Below, piece after piece: positions 38,385 to 48,133 of a stretch of DNA of 64,000 nt. Position 1 is the stretch's first letter, and every line of letters begins with the position of its first letter. Made by a program: the position numbers and the translations under genes. The notes beneath the pieces are model-generated. The model was not told the origin of the DNA and made no database searches. It saw only the letters and a list, made by a program, of their open reading frames with translations. Source of the stretch: Candidatus Poribacteria bacterium (GTDB taxonomy: Bacteria > Poribacteria > WGA-4E > PCPOR2b); the NCBI GenBank assembly GCA_965220385.1, contig OZ244825.1, positions 323,143 to 387,142 on the forward strand, given 5' to 3'.

Positions 38385-40604
38385 TCAATTCCGCCAAACC
38401 TTCAGGTTATCGTAGTAGACCTCAGCAGGCGAATAGCCGTAGATCCCCGGACTCCCCTCCCGATTCGGCAGCGGATCTTCGACAGTAATCGTCCATGCCT
38501 CCGGCTCCGGCTCACCCCTTGCCCAAACCTTTCCCTTGACATGCGCCGTATCATCGACGATATCCACCGTCATTTTCATCCTATACCAGACGTTCGGCTC
38601 CCACTTGAAGTCAATCCACTCTGCCATTCGGAGATCGGATCGCCATGAAAGCACCTGAAGCCGTTGGTGATTGCCCTGCATCTCAAGCGTGTAGCGATGG
38701 GCGATGAGTCCCATGTCTGGCATATTCCGCTTCGGCTTGGTTCCCAGCAAATCGACCTGAACGGTGTAATCCTTCATGTTCGGGGGACCGATATAGACAT
38801 TAGAGCGGTGTAACCCACGGCGGGCAGGCGGTTTGACGAGAATTTTGTTCCCATCCACCTCACGGACGACGAATCGGTTTGTTGCACGGACCCAGTGCGG
38901 TGGACTCTTCCCTTCCTCTATCGACTCAAAATCTTCCTGCCACGGTAACGGCGGAATCACGCGAACCCGTGCGGAGTTGCTTATATCCCCAATCTTTGCC
39001 AACACCGTTCCGGCTTGACCGACTGGACTCGATTCAAGAGTCAACTTGCCGCTGTCATCAATTACCCCTGACAACCCATTGAGCGACCATTCGACATCCT
39101 TTTTACCGACGCTCCCTCTGCCTTCATCGGTAAATGCCTGTACACTAAATTGGATACTGTCTCCCGGTTCGGCTAAGACTTCAGTAGGGGTAATCTGTAT
39201 CGATGCGGGCGCATCGGTAGACATCATCATACCAGCACGGTCTGGTACAGAGACAGATTGGCTTGAGGCAGAAGATCCCTGAACCCCTAAGCAGTAAAGC
39301 CCTTCCTCGGTGGTAAAGTAAACTCGACCGTCAGCGATGGCGGGTGAACCGTAAATTTCCGCGTAGTGGCCGGGTTCCCTTTCAATCTGTGTTGTGCTGA
39401 GCGTTTTGCATTCGCGCTCGCTCGGTTGCAGGATGTGGAAGTGTCCGTTGACTTCGGTGACATAGATTTTACCGTCCGCGACAACAGGCGATCCCTTGCC
39501 CACTGTGCCGAGGCTATGTGTCCAATGCACCTCCCCGGTTTCGCCATCAAGACAGTGTAAATTCGCCGAGCTATCCACAACATAAAGCCGACCGTCAGCT
39601 ATTGCTGGAGAGCTATAACCCGCCTCTATGCCGTTAACCCGCCAGAGTTCGTGCGTCTTGGTAATATCCCCCGTACCCGATCCATCGATGCAGACAACCC
39701 GCCCCATCACCGTCGTGTCGGTGTTCTCCCGATTGTGGCTTGCGTAGACCCGTGTGCCATCTACAACCACCGACGCATTGAGCGGGCCCTGACTGACTTG
39801 GAATCCCCAAACTTTCTCACCCGTTTGCATGTCCATAGCATACACATGACCGTCCGAGTTGCCGTCGATTAACAACCGACGCCCATTTATCTCTGCGACG
39901 ACAGAGACAGGATAGGTCGTGTCCTTCGGAGGACCACCGGGCTTCGCTGTCCACACCACCTCGCCGGTCTTTTTGTCGAAGGCAAAATAACGATGGCGCA
40001 TCGCGGCGTGGTCTCCCCAACTAGTGTTGAGGAAACTAAGAATCACAAGGTCCCCATCCACAACCGGTGTAACGGTGCGCCCACCATAGCCCGTGAATCG
40101 ACCATATTCCTCCGTCAAAGAGTGTGACCAGACAACCTTTCCGTCCTTGTCGAAACAGGCAAACACGCCGCTGATAGTGTGGGCATAAATGTATCCCGTT
40201 TCCCTATCGCCAGCTAAACTGGTCCAGCCCAATCGGTTAAAAGGGATGGTGCTGTGAAAGACGTTAAATCGATGTTCCCAGAGCATATCTCCCGACTCTG
40301 CATCAAAACACGCAACCCGTTCCTGTTCAGTGATGTCCATTCCAACGCGCCCGATGACATAAACCCGACTGTTCAGAACGATTGGCGTCGAACGCCCCAT
40401 AAAATCGGCTTTCCAAAGTAAGTTTTCACCCTCCAGCGACCAGTTTGAAATTAACCCAGTTTCTGAGGACGAACCGGTCTGATTTGGACCCCGCCAACTT
40501 GCCCAATCTGAGGCAAATGCGCCGTTAAAGCCTATCAAGCAAACACACAGATTTGCTCCTATCAACAGATACAGAATTGTTTTAAGCGTAACCCGATTTC
40601 GCAT
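38385..40604 (-). CDS. PQQ-repeat beta-propeller fused to a C-terminal DUF1080 (LamG-like jelly-roll, 3-keto-disaccharide hydrolase-like) domain. Secreted.
   Basis: N-terminal signal and DWASWRGPNQTGSSSETG motif. Multiple propeller blades. C-terminal ~200 aa ending YYDNLKVWRN, matching the DUF1080 C-terminal FDNhkV pattern. Confidence 0.7.
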   Translation of the reverse strand: MRNRVTLKTILYLLIGANLCVCLIGFNGAFASDWASWRGPNQTGSSSETGLISNWSLEGENLLWKADFMGRSTPIVLNSRVYVIGRVGMDITEQERVACFDAESGDMLWEHRFNVFHSTIPFNRLGWTSLAGDRETGYIYAHTISGVFACFDKDGKVVWSHSLTEEYGRFTGYGGRTVTPVVDGDLVILSFLNTSWGDHAAMRHRYFAFDKKTGEVVWTAKPGGPPKDTTYPVSVVAEINGRRLLIDGNSDGHVYAMDMQTGEKVWGFQVSQGPLNASVVVDGTRVYASHNRENTDTTVMGRVVCIDGSGTGDITKTHELWRVNGIEAGYSSPAIADGRLYVVDSSANLHCLDGETGEVHWTHSLGTVGKGSPVVADGKIYVTEVNGHFHILQPSERECKTLSTTQIEREPGHYAEIYGSPAIADGRVYFTTEEGLYCLGVQGSSASSQSVSVPDRAGMMMSTDAPASIQITPTEVLAEPGDSIQFSVQAFTDEGRGSVGKKDVEWSLNGLSGVIDDSGKLTLESSPVGQAGTVLAKIGDISNSARVRVIPPLPWQEDFESIEEGKSPPHWVRATNRFVVREVDGNKILVKPPARRGLHRSNVYIGPPNMKDYTVQVDLLGTKPKRNMPDMGLIAHRYTLEMQGNHQRLQVLSWRSDLRMAEWIDFKWEPNVWYRMKMTVDIVDDTAHVKGKVWARGEPEPEAWTITVEDPLPNREGSPGIYGYSPAEVYYDNLKVWRN

Positions 40605-41007
40605 CCAGATCTCCTATATTGTCCTGTAATGTGCCCATGACCCCAAAGTATATTAGTTATAGGGTTAGACTATCTACCGCTTAGAATGATTATGTAACAC
40701 CTAAAATTATATCTCCGCTGTGATAATACGCCGAGAACATTTTATGTTAAGGTGGCCTGCGAAGTCAATCAAAAACTTACCCACCTCCCGTTTACAAAGA
40801 GCTGATCTGACTTCGACAGTTCTGGAGCAGAATTATGCCCTGAATTCTAATAAAATAATGGAGACATAATTTGAATTGTATTGTAAAATATGATGCTATA
40901 GACATATGCTCATGGTCGTAGGTCGGGTTGAATGAGCCTTGAGTCTTCATAAATCCGTAACGGGTTCCGCTACCACACATGTTTGATGCCTCACGAAGGA
41001 GTATGCC

Positions 41008-41973
41008 ATGATTCGCGTGATTAAGCCAGAAGGGTTCGGTAATATCCAGTTGGAAGATATACCAATCCCTGAGATAAACAGTCGTCAAGTTTTGGTGAAG
41101 ACCCACACTACACTGATTAGCCGTGGTTCTGAACTGTTTCGTCGTTATATTATGGAGGAAGCAATCCCTCCATCGATGATGGGATATTCCCTCACGGGTG
41201 TCGTTGAGCAGGTTGGATCTGCGGTCACAGAGTATCAGGTCGGACAACGGGTCATGGTGGTAGCGCCGCACGCCGAATACGCCGTCGGAGAGGTCGATGC
41301 CAGCGTAGATGGCCGGGTCGTGCCGCTCGCAGATGACATCTCCTTTGAAGAGGGGACATTCCTGCCACTCTCAATAAGCTCGATCGCTTGGGCGGACTCG
41401 TCAGGTGTCCAAGAAGGAGATACAGTTGTCATTCTTGGACAAGGTATCGTGGGAAGTCTAATGATGCAGGTCCTTCGCGGATATGGTCCCGACCGCATCA
41501 TCACAGTCGATGCAGTGTCGCTCCGTTGTCAACTCTCCTCCGAATTGGGGGCGGACGCCGTCATCAACGCTGCCGAAGAAGACCCTGTCGAAGCGGTGCA
41601 ACGCTTAACCGATGGGAACGGTGCAGACCTTGTGATCGACTGCGTCGGCGGTCACGCCGGCGTCAAGTCGTTCGAGCAGGCACAAGACATGGTGCGTACG
41701 AAAGGGACCATCCAGTTGATCGCGTTATACCAAGGCGCGCCCCTGCCGCTATATTCATCAAAGATCATGAGCAAACGACTTGTGGCGGGCGTCCTTACCG
41801 ATGAGCCGCGCGGAGACATTGCCCTGCGTGCGATGGAGAAAATCCGTGCGGAGGAAATCCAAGCAGCCCAAATGATTAGCCGCAGTTTCCCCTATGAGAG
41901 TGCAAAAGAAGCTTTCGACTTCTTGTGGGAACATCCAGACGAAGCGCTCGCCGTTCAACTAATCTGGCAGTAA
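41008..41973 (+). CDS. MDR-family Zn-dependent dehydrogenase/oxidoreductase
   Basis: GroES-like N-terminus (LVKTHTTLISRGSEL). Rossmann VILGQGIVGSLMMQV. 321 aa. Confidence 0.7.
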   Translation: MIRVIKPEGFGNIQLEDIPIPEINSRQVLVKTHTTLISRGSELFRRYIMEEAIPPSMMGYSLTGVVEQVGSAVTEYQVGQRVMVVAPHAEYAVGEVDASVDGRVVPLADDISFEEGTFLPLSISSIAWADSSGVQEGDTVVILGQGIVGSLMMQVLRGYGPDRIITVDAVSLRCQLSSELGADAVINAAEEDPVEAVQRLTDGNGADLVIDCVGGHAGVKSFEQAQDMVRTKGTIQLIALYQGAPLPLYSSKIMSKRLVAGVLTDEPRGDIALRAMEKIRAEEIQAAQMISRSFPYESAKEAFDFLWEHPDEALAVQLIWQ

Positions 41974-42082
41974 GACCCCACTTACGCCTCAACCCCAGCA
42001 AACTTCGTCATCGATTCATATCAAGAAATCCTAAACCGTGGGGGCGGGGTTACCCCGCCCATGCTTGCTAATGAACAGATTG

Positions 42083-42125
42083 TTTTCACGTTTTACGCTT
42101 CACGTTTCACGGCCCGTTTCACGAG
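42083..42125 (+). repeat. TTTCACG heptad array upstream of the DppB-like permease
   Basis: TTTTCACG-TTTTACG-CTTCACG-TTTCACG-gcccg-TTTCACG. Confidence 0.65.
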
Positions 42126-42135
42126 AGAATCACAG

Positions 42136-43116
42136 ATGCTTAATTACATCATACGCCGCACGCTTTACGCTCTCCCGATCCTCATCGGCGTCAACCTAAT
42201 TACCTTTGTGCTCTTTTTTATCGTCAATTCGCCCGACGACATGGCACGAAAGATTCTTGGGGAAAGGAACATTACCCAAGACGATGTAGATCGATGGAAG
42301 CGGGATCGTGGCTATCACCTGCCGCTGTTTTTCAACACCGAAGAATCCGGGGCGTCAGTGTTCATGCAAACAATCTTTGCCCAGAAAGCCATGCGGCTAT
42401 TCCTCTTCGATTTCGGCAAGTCAGACCGAAACAACATCGATATCGGTTACCAGATTTCGCACAGGATGTGGGCAAGCCTTGCTATCGCTATACCGACATT
42501 TATGATAGGCTTGCTCGTTAACATTACTATCTCAATGATTATCGCATACTACCGCGCAACCTATGTCGATTTCTGGGGGACCATTGTCGCTGTCATTCTC
42601 ATGTCAATCTCCACACTCTTTTATATTATCGCTGGGCAGTGGCTATTCGGCAAAATGCTCCGTCTGTTTCCGATCTCCGGTTATGATACCGGCGTGAATA
42701 TGCTGAAGTTTGTTTTTCTGCCCGCAGTCATCGGTGTCATCAGCGGCATCGGCACCGGCGTCCGTTTCTACCGCACCATTTTCCTCGAAGAAGTAAATCG
42801 AGACTATGTGCGGACCGCACGTGCGAAAGGTCTCGGCGAGAGTGCCGTACTGTTCAAGCACGCCTTAAAGAATGCAATGATCCCCATCTTAACAAACGTT
42901 GTGCTAGCAATCCCATTTCTCTTCATGGGCAGCCTCGTCATGGAAAACTTTTTCTCAATCCCCGGGCTGGGCAGTTTTACGATTGATGCCATCAACGCAC
43001 AAGATTTCGCTATTGTCCGCAGCATGGTCTATCTGGGGTCAGTGCTCTATATCGTAGGCTTACTGCTGACGGACATCAGTTATACGCTCGTTGATCCCCG
43101 GATCCGATTGCAGTGA
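42136..43116 (+). CDS. ABC transporter permease, DppB/OppB family (start refined to MLNYII)
   Basis: Six TM helices. EAA-like loop RTARAKGLGESAVLFKHALKNAMIPILT. No DppC/ATPase partner adjacent. Confidence 0.85.
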   Translation: MLNYIIRRTLYALPILIGVNLITFVLFFIVNSPDDMARKILGERNITQDDVDRWKRDRGYHLPLFFNTEESGASVFMQTIFAQKAMRLFLFDFGKSDRNNIDIGYQISHRMWASLAIAIPTFMIGLLVNITISMIIAYYRATYVDFWGTIVAVILMSISTLFYIIAGQWLFGKMLRLFPISGYDTGVNMLKFVFLPAVIGVISGIGTGVRFYRTIFLEEVNRDYVRTARAKGLGESAVLFKHALKNAMIPILTNVVLAIPFLFMGSLVMENFFSIPGLGSFTIDAINAQDFAIVRSMVYLGSVLYIVGLLLTDISYTLVDPRIRLQ

Positions 43117-43251
43117 CTAATGGTGAATTGGAGAAATAAGTAGGCCAATATCTCGACCTTCGCGCAGGCTCCCAAGTCTCCCTGATAAGGGGGGGTGGGG
43201 GATTTAGGGGGGTGACTGTGGATCGGGAGTCTACCAGTAATCCTGAAATCT

Positions 43252-45036
43252 ATGAACAAAAAGTGGAAAGGTCACAAAAAGTTGAAAGTGAGTATTAACC
43301 GTCATTTGCAGCGGATAGCTGTAGGTTGGATCTGTACAATTCTGTCCATTCAAGGGTTGTGCATTCCCACACTTATCTTCGCTCAATCCTCAAATTCTCC
43401 GGTTACCTTCAAAGATGTAACAGAAGCCGCAGGGATCGGTTTTGTCCACTCAGCAGGGAAACGTTCCTCTCTGCTACCCGAAGATGTCGGTTCCGGCGCA
43501 GCCTTCGCGGACTACGATAACGATGGCCATATTGATCTTTACGTGGTCAATAACCCCGGTCCGATCAACGCAGAAGTAACGGACGCATCGCCGGGCAATG
43601 TACTCTATCGTAACAATGGTGACGACACATTTACGGATGTCACCGCAGAGGCGGGTGTCGGTGACCGTGGGTATGGCATGGGCTGTGTTTTCGGTGATTA
43701 TGACAACGACGGCGATATCGACCTTTATGTCACGAACTATGGACCGAATGTGCTGTATCGCAACAACGGAGATGGCACATTCACCGATATAACCGAGAAA
43801 GCGGGTGTCGGCGAGACACGATGGGGAACGGGCGCAGCATTTGCCGATTACGACAACGATGGCGATCTCGACCTCTATGTTCCCAACTATATCGACCACG
43901 ATCTCGAAAAATTAGCAGAAGCCCAAAAAGTATCGCAGCAATATGGACAGTCCGTGCCACGCATCTTGAACCCTCACTCCTTCGATCCGCAGGACAATGT
44001 GATGTATCGGAACAATGGGGACGGCACCTTCACCGATGTCACCGTAGAGCTGGGGGTCGAATCCCGCGGCGGACGCAGCTTGCAGGCTATCTTTACAGAT
44101 TTCGATCTGGATGGCGATCTTGAACTCTACGTTGCCAACGACCTCTCTCCTAACTTTCTCTACCGGAACAACGGCGATGGCACATTCACGGATGTGAGCG
44201 ATGCGTCGTGGGCGGCGGATTTTCGGGGATCCATGGGGCTTGCAACGGGCGATTACGATGGCGACGGCGATCTCGACCTTTTTATGAGCCATTGGATCGA
44301 GCAGGAAAATGCACTATACAGCAACATGTGGAAAGAAGAGGGAACAATTGCGGGAACCCCCTCAAGAGCGGAAGGAATGCAGCCGATTCATCTGGTTGAT
44401 GACTCCTACGGTGCCTCGCTCGGCGAAGAAAGCCTCAAATATGTGGGATGGGGGACGGATCTATTCGACTACGATAACGATGGCGACCTTGATATTTTTG
44501 TCGCCAACGGGCACACGTTCCAATATCTTGATAATTATGACCTGCTTATTCCGCAGAAGGATCAGTTTTTTCGTTACGACGGCGATGGTATTTTCACCGA
44601 TGTGTCCGCAGCGACTGGCATTGCTGCACTGCCCTACCGAGTGGGACGTGGTGTGGCTTTTGGGGATTACGATAACGATGGCGATGTCGATATGTTTATC
44701 GTCAACAACCACGGTCCCGCAGTTTTGCTCCGAAATGAAGGGGGCAATCGCAACAACTGGCTGCACGTCAAGCTAATTGGCACGACGGGCAACCGCGATG
44801 CTGTTGGGGCAAAGATTCGAATCAAAGTGGGAGATCGGATACAACTACGCGAAATCAACGCCGGTGCAAGCTATCTGTCCTTCAATAGCCTAACCGCTGA
44901 GTTTGGCCTCGCCCAAGAAACGGCGGTCGATTGGATCGAGGTAATCTGGCCCAGCGGTGATACCGAGCGATTTTCTACTATCACCGTAAATCAACGGCTG
45001 ACGCTGACAGAGGGGAGTGGCATCCGACAGCAATAA
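43252..45036 (+). CDS. CRTAC1-family protein: FG-GAP/VCBS-like repeats plus a C-terminal ASPIC/UnbV domain. Secreted.
   Basis: Repeated FADYDNDGxxDLYVxN and VLYRNNGDGTFTDVT blades (at least seven). C-terminal NWLHVKLIGTTGNRDAVGAKIRIKVGDRIQLREI...GASYLS UnbV_ASPIC signature. Confidence 0.85.
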   Translation: MNKKWKGHKKLKVSINRHLQRIAVGWICTILSIQGLCIPTLIFAQSSNSPVTFKDVTEAAGIGFVHSAGKRSSLLPEDVGSGAAFADYDNDGHIDLYVVNNPGPINAEVTDASPGNVLYRNNGDDTFTDVTAEAGVGDRGYGMGCVFGDYDNDGDIDLYVTNYGPNVLYRNNGDGTFTDITEKAGVGETRWGTGAAFADYDNDGDLDLYVPNYIDHDLEKLAEAQKVSQQYGQSVPRILNPHSFDPQDNVMYRNNGDGTFTDVTVELGVESRGGRSLQAIFTDFDLDGDLELYVANDLSPNFLYRNNGDGTFTDVSDASWAADFRGSMGLATGDYDGDGDLDLFMSHWIEQENALYSNMWKEEGTIAGTPSRAEGMQPIHLVDDSYGASLGEESLKYVGWGTDLFDYDNDGDLDIFVANGHTFQYLDNYDLLIPQKDQFFRYDGDGIFTDVSAATGIAALPYRVGRGVAFGDYDNDGDVDMFIVNNHGPAVLLRNEGGNRNNWLHVKLIGTTGNRDAVGAKIRIKVGDRIQLREINAGASYLSFNSLTAEFGLAQETAVDWIEVIWPSGDTERFSTITVNQRLTLTEGSGIRQQ

Positions 45037-45054
45037 TAGCAGCAATCCTTCTCT

Positions 45055-47271
45055 CTACCTACCGCGCTCCCTCCGCCAGATCGTCACTACCGCCGGAATC
45101 GTTCCAACAATCAGAAACCCGATCGCACCCCAGATGGGCCAAAGCACCGGTTCATTCCATTCATTCTGCCGTCGAGCGCGCAATGTGCTGTCAATGCGTT
45201 TATATTTAAGAGTATTGTACCCGGTAGTATTCGGTTTGCCGTTTTTCAACCATTCGTGATAAAGTCCAAAGTTGACACGGTGATAGGCAAATATCCAAGG
45301 CGCATCGCGCTGGAGGATTAACTTCATCTGACGGACAATCTGGAGTCGTTCTGGCGAGTTGTCCATGTTTTGCATCTGATCGAATAGTCGGTTGTATTCC
45401 GGATTATCGTAATTGGCGACATTCTCACCATCAAATTTGGCTTTGCTATTCGGCCCGTAGAGCAGAAAGAGGAAATTCTCTGGATCCGGGTAGTCTGCGT
45501 GCCAACCCCACATCAGGATTTGTGAACTCCCATTTCTCGCCTTCTCTCTAAAACGGTTATAGTCCGTTGTTCGGACCTCCAACGTAATACCGATCAGTTC
45601 AAACCGCTTGCGCACCCAATTCAGAAAAGCGGTCGCTTGCGGGCCAGTCCGATAGTTGTCAAAATAAAGGATGAGCGGATTGCCATTCTTGTCTTGACCG
45701 CCGGGGTATCCCGCTTCAGCGAGTAGTTGACGCGCGTCTTCCAGCGGTTTGCGAATCGCGCCCTGCTTTGCGTCCCAGCTATAGACATACGGATTAATAC
45801 CAACCTCGCCCTCCTCATATCCGAAGATACCGGGCGGGATCGGATTGTGTGAAGGGATACCGCGTCCGTTGAGGAATATTTCGATGTATTCTTCATAGTC
45901 CAGCACTATCGAAATTGCCTGACGGAGTTTCTGCCGATCTTCGGTGTAGCCACCAACCACATCGTCTATCATATTGAACGCGAAATATATGGTGGTCACA
46001 TCTACGTTTGTTTCCAGCACAATATCTCGGGACCGCAACAGTTCGCTCGTCCGTGGATCACCCGTATCAGAAAACGTAATCGCTTGATCAAAGGTATCTG
46101 AGGAGATTCCAGAGGCATCGTAATAGCCTTGCAGAAATTTAGCCCAGCGGGGGATATATTCCTTTTCCAGTTTATAGACCGCTTTAGGAATCAGCGGCAA
46201 TCTTGCGCCCGCATCAGCGAGCAATCCCGCTTCCCTATCCCCAACTTCCCCTTCTGTGGGATACAGTTCCGTGTGAAAATTCTCGTTCTGGACGAGGATA
46301 ATCTCCTTGTGCGGCTTGAAGGTTTCAAGGCGGTATGGACCCGTCCCGACCGGAAACCGATCGATTGTAATGTTCCGGTTCTTCAGAGCGCTCTGCCCAT
46401 AGAAGTCAATAGCTTCCGCCGGCATCGGTGCGAAAAAAGGCATCGCAAGCCAGTAGATGAATTGCGGATATTTGGTTTTGAGAGTGATCTGGTAGGTGTA
46501 ACGATCAATAACCTCGACACCCGGAAATGGGAAGGCATCTATATCCAACGAGATCGGATTCTCCCGTTCATCGGTAGCTTGGTTATATGTGATTCCCCCT
46601 GCATCTCGCCGTTTCTTGCGCTCTGCCTCCAGTGCCTCGCGTAGTGCTGTTGCGTACTCATCCATACCCAGGATATAATTGTCTAACAGACTCAAGATAG
46701 GGCAGCCGACCCTCGGATCTGCCATCCGCTTTATCTGATAAACATAATCAGCGGCGATCAATTCTCGCGAGCCCGTTTCAGCGAAGTCGCTTACTTCGTA
46801 GACCCCTTTTACATCATCGGTTGTCAGCGTGTGATACCGAAACCTCCCCTCTTCGTCCTTCGCAAAGCACGGGTGGCGTTGGTATTGGATTCCGGGACGG
46901 AGGCGAATTTCATACACCGTCTTTGCAACATGATCCGGAGAAACATCATCCGGCAGCGAGTTGCCTTCAGAGTCGAAATAATGCGGCTTCGGCACAGATT
47001 CAGCCGTCAGTGGGATCAGTTCGTATGGACGCTTGAGGTAGTGATACTGGAGCGGGGATTCGTAAATCTGTTGGATGAAGCGATACTCACCTGAACTATA
47101 TGAAATTGCTGGGTCCAGATGTTTCGGTTCCTCCAAAAAGGTGCTGTAGTAGATTTCCTCCGTCTGCTCTGAAGGCGGATAGGGATTATTGGGAATACAC
47201 CCTGCTCCCCAAAGGACAAGGAGGATGAGCCAAAATCGGTTCCAGATATGCTGCAATCCGTGTCGTGTCAT
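45055..47271 (-). CDS. Family-5 ABC substrate-binding protein (oligopeptide-type), oversized (738 aa), with an N-terminal lipoprotein-like signal and a C-terminal TM helix
   Basis: SBP_bac_5-like core. N-terminal LVLWGAGC (lipobox-like). C-terminal hydrophobic stretch VLWPIWGAIGFLIVGTIPAVVTIW followed by RRERGR. Confidence 0.65.
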   Translation of the reverse strand: MTRHGLQHIWNRFWLILLVLWGAGCIPNNPYPPSEQTEEIYYSTFLEEPKHLDPAISYSSGEYRFIQQIYESPLQYHYLKRPYELIPLTAESVPKPHYFDSEGNSLPDDVSPDHVAKTVYEIRLRPGIQYQRHPCFAKDEEGRFRYHTLTTDDVKGVYEVSDFAETGSRELIAADYVYQIKRMADPRVGCPILSLLDNYILGMDEYATALREALEAERKKRRDAGGITYNQATDERENPISLDIDAFPFPGVEVIDRYTYQITLKTKYPQFIYWLAMPFFAPMPAEAIDFYGQSALKNRNITIDRFPVGTGPYRLETFKPHKEIILVQNENFHTELYPTEGEVGDREAGLLADAGARLPLIPKAVYKLEKEYIPRWAKFLQGYYDASGISSDTFDQAITFSDTGDPRTSELLRSRDIVLETNVDVTTIYFAFNMIDDVVGGYTEDRQKLRQAISIVLDYEEYIEIFLNGRGIPSHNPIPPGIFGYEEGEVGINPYVYSWDAKQGAIRKPLEDARQLLAEAGYPGGQDKNGNPLILYFDNYRTGPQATAFLNWVRKRFELIGITLEVRTTDYNRFREKARNGSSQILMWGWHADYPDPENFLFLLYGPNSKAKFDGENVANYDNPEYNRLFDQMQNMDNSPERLQIVRQMKLILQRDAPWIFAYHRVNFGLYHEWLKNGKPNTTGYNTLKYKRIDSTLRARRQNEWNEPVLWPIWGAIGFLIVGTIPAVVTIWRRERGR

Positions 47272-47288
47272 ACAGTTGCTCTCGCGCA

Positions 47289-47395
47289 GTTTATGGTGAA
47301 TTTTAAAAATAAATAAACAGTTTCATCCGCCCGGTAGGTGCGGTTTGTAACCGCACCGGTTTGGAGTGTCTCATTAATTCTATAAACTACCATAG
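47289..47395. repeat. ~105 bp intergenic element, copy 2 of 2
   Basis: One mismatch (C/T) to copy 1. Lies between the SBP gene start and the BMC-H gene. Confidence 0.85.
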
Positions 47396-47430
47396 CTTCC
47401 AAAGTCCCTTAGGGGGTTCCCTTGATCACC

Positions 47431-47455
47431 GTAGGGGCAATCCTTGTGGTCGCCC
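47431..47455. repeat. REP-like hairpin element family C copy
   Basis: GTAGGGGCAATCCTTGTGGTCGCCC. Confidence 0.65.
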
Positions 47456-47779
47456 TTCTGTGGGAGTCCCCTCCTGGACTTGCCTGTCCCGTCTGCTCCC
47501 TTGGTCTTGGTACGGACGATTCATCGGGTAGCAAGGCATTGGAAGTGTCTAAGTGATTCCAAAATCTAACACAATTAAGTTGACAGAATATCTGTGCTTC
47601 GGCGATTATGTCAATAAAAAAGTAGGATCAGATGAAATTCATGATCCCTAAGATGAGTCCTGAAAATGCTTGAATCAATCAGGTGATTGTGATATACTGC
47701 TATAACAAGTTCAAAATTATCTGTGATATTAAGGTGAGGCGCAAGCGATAACTGTCAATCAGGAGGATACATATCGATT

Positions 47780-48112
47780 ATGGCTGGCGAGGCTTTAGGT
47801 TTAGTCGAAACGAGAGGGCTTGTTGGAAGTATCGAAGCCGCTGACGCGATGGTCAAAGCCGCAAATGTTCAACTTATCGGTTATGAAAAGATTGGTGGCG
47901 GATATGTCACAGTCATGGTTCGTGGTGATGTCGGGGCTGTCAAAGCTGCCACAGATGCCGGGGCAGAAGCGGCCGCACGAGTCGGAGAGGTCGTTTCCGT
48001 CCACGTTATCCCACGGCCACACGCAGATGTTGAATCGGTTTTACCCGTACAAGAACAGGCCGAAGATAGTACGCTGACAATTGATATCGCTAACGCCGAC
48101 GCAGCGAATTGA
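47780..48112 (+). CDS. Bacterial microcompartment shell protein, BMC-H (PduA/EutM-like hexamer)
   Basis: Near-canonical Pfam00936 sequence: [77 protein letters not shown]. Confidence 0.92.
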   Translation: MAGEALGLVETRGLVGSIEAADAMVKAANVQLIGYEKIGGGYVTVMVRGDVGAVKAATDAGAEAAARVGEVVSVHVIPRPHADVESVLPVQEQAEDSTLTIDIANADAAN

Positions 48113-48133
48113 TGGAGTTAGGAAAGATAGCGG

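Noticed and set aside
43474-44858. Several 60-155 aa ORFs on both strands inside the CRTAC1 gene (for example 43474..43899 -, 44309..44776 +)
   Set aside because: They are antisense or out-of-frame to a long, motif-rich CDS (FG-GAP repeats). Their repetitive composition mirrors the DNDGD repeats of the real gene.
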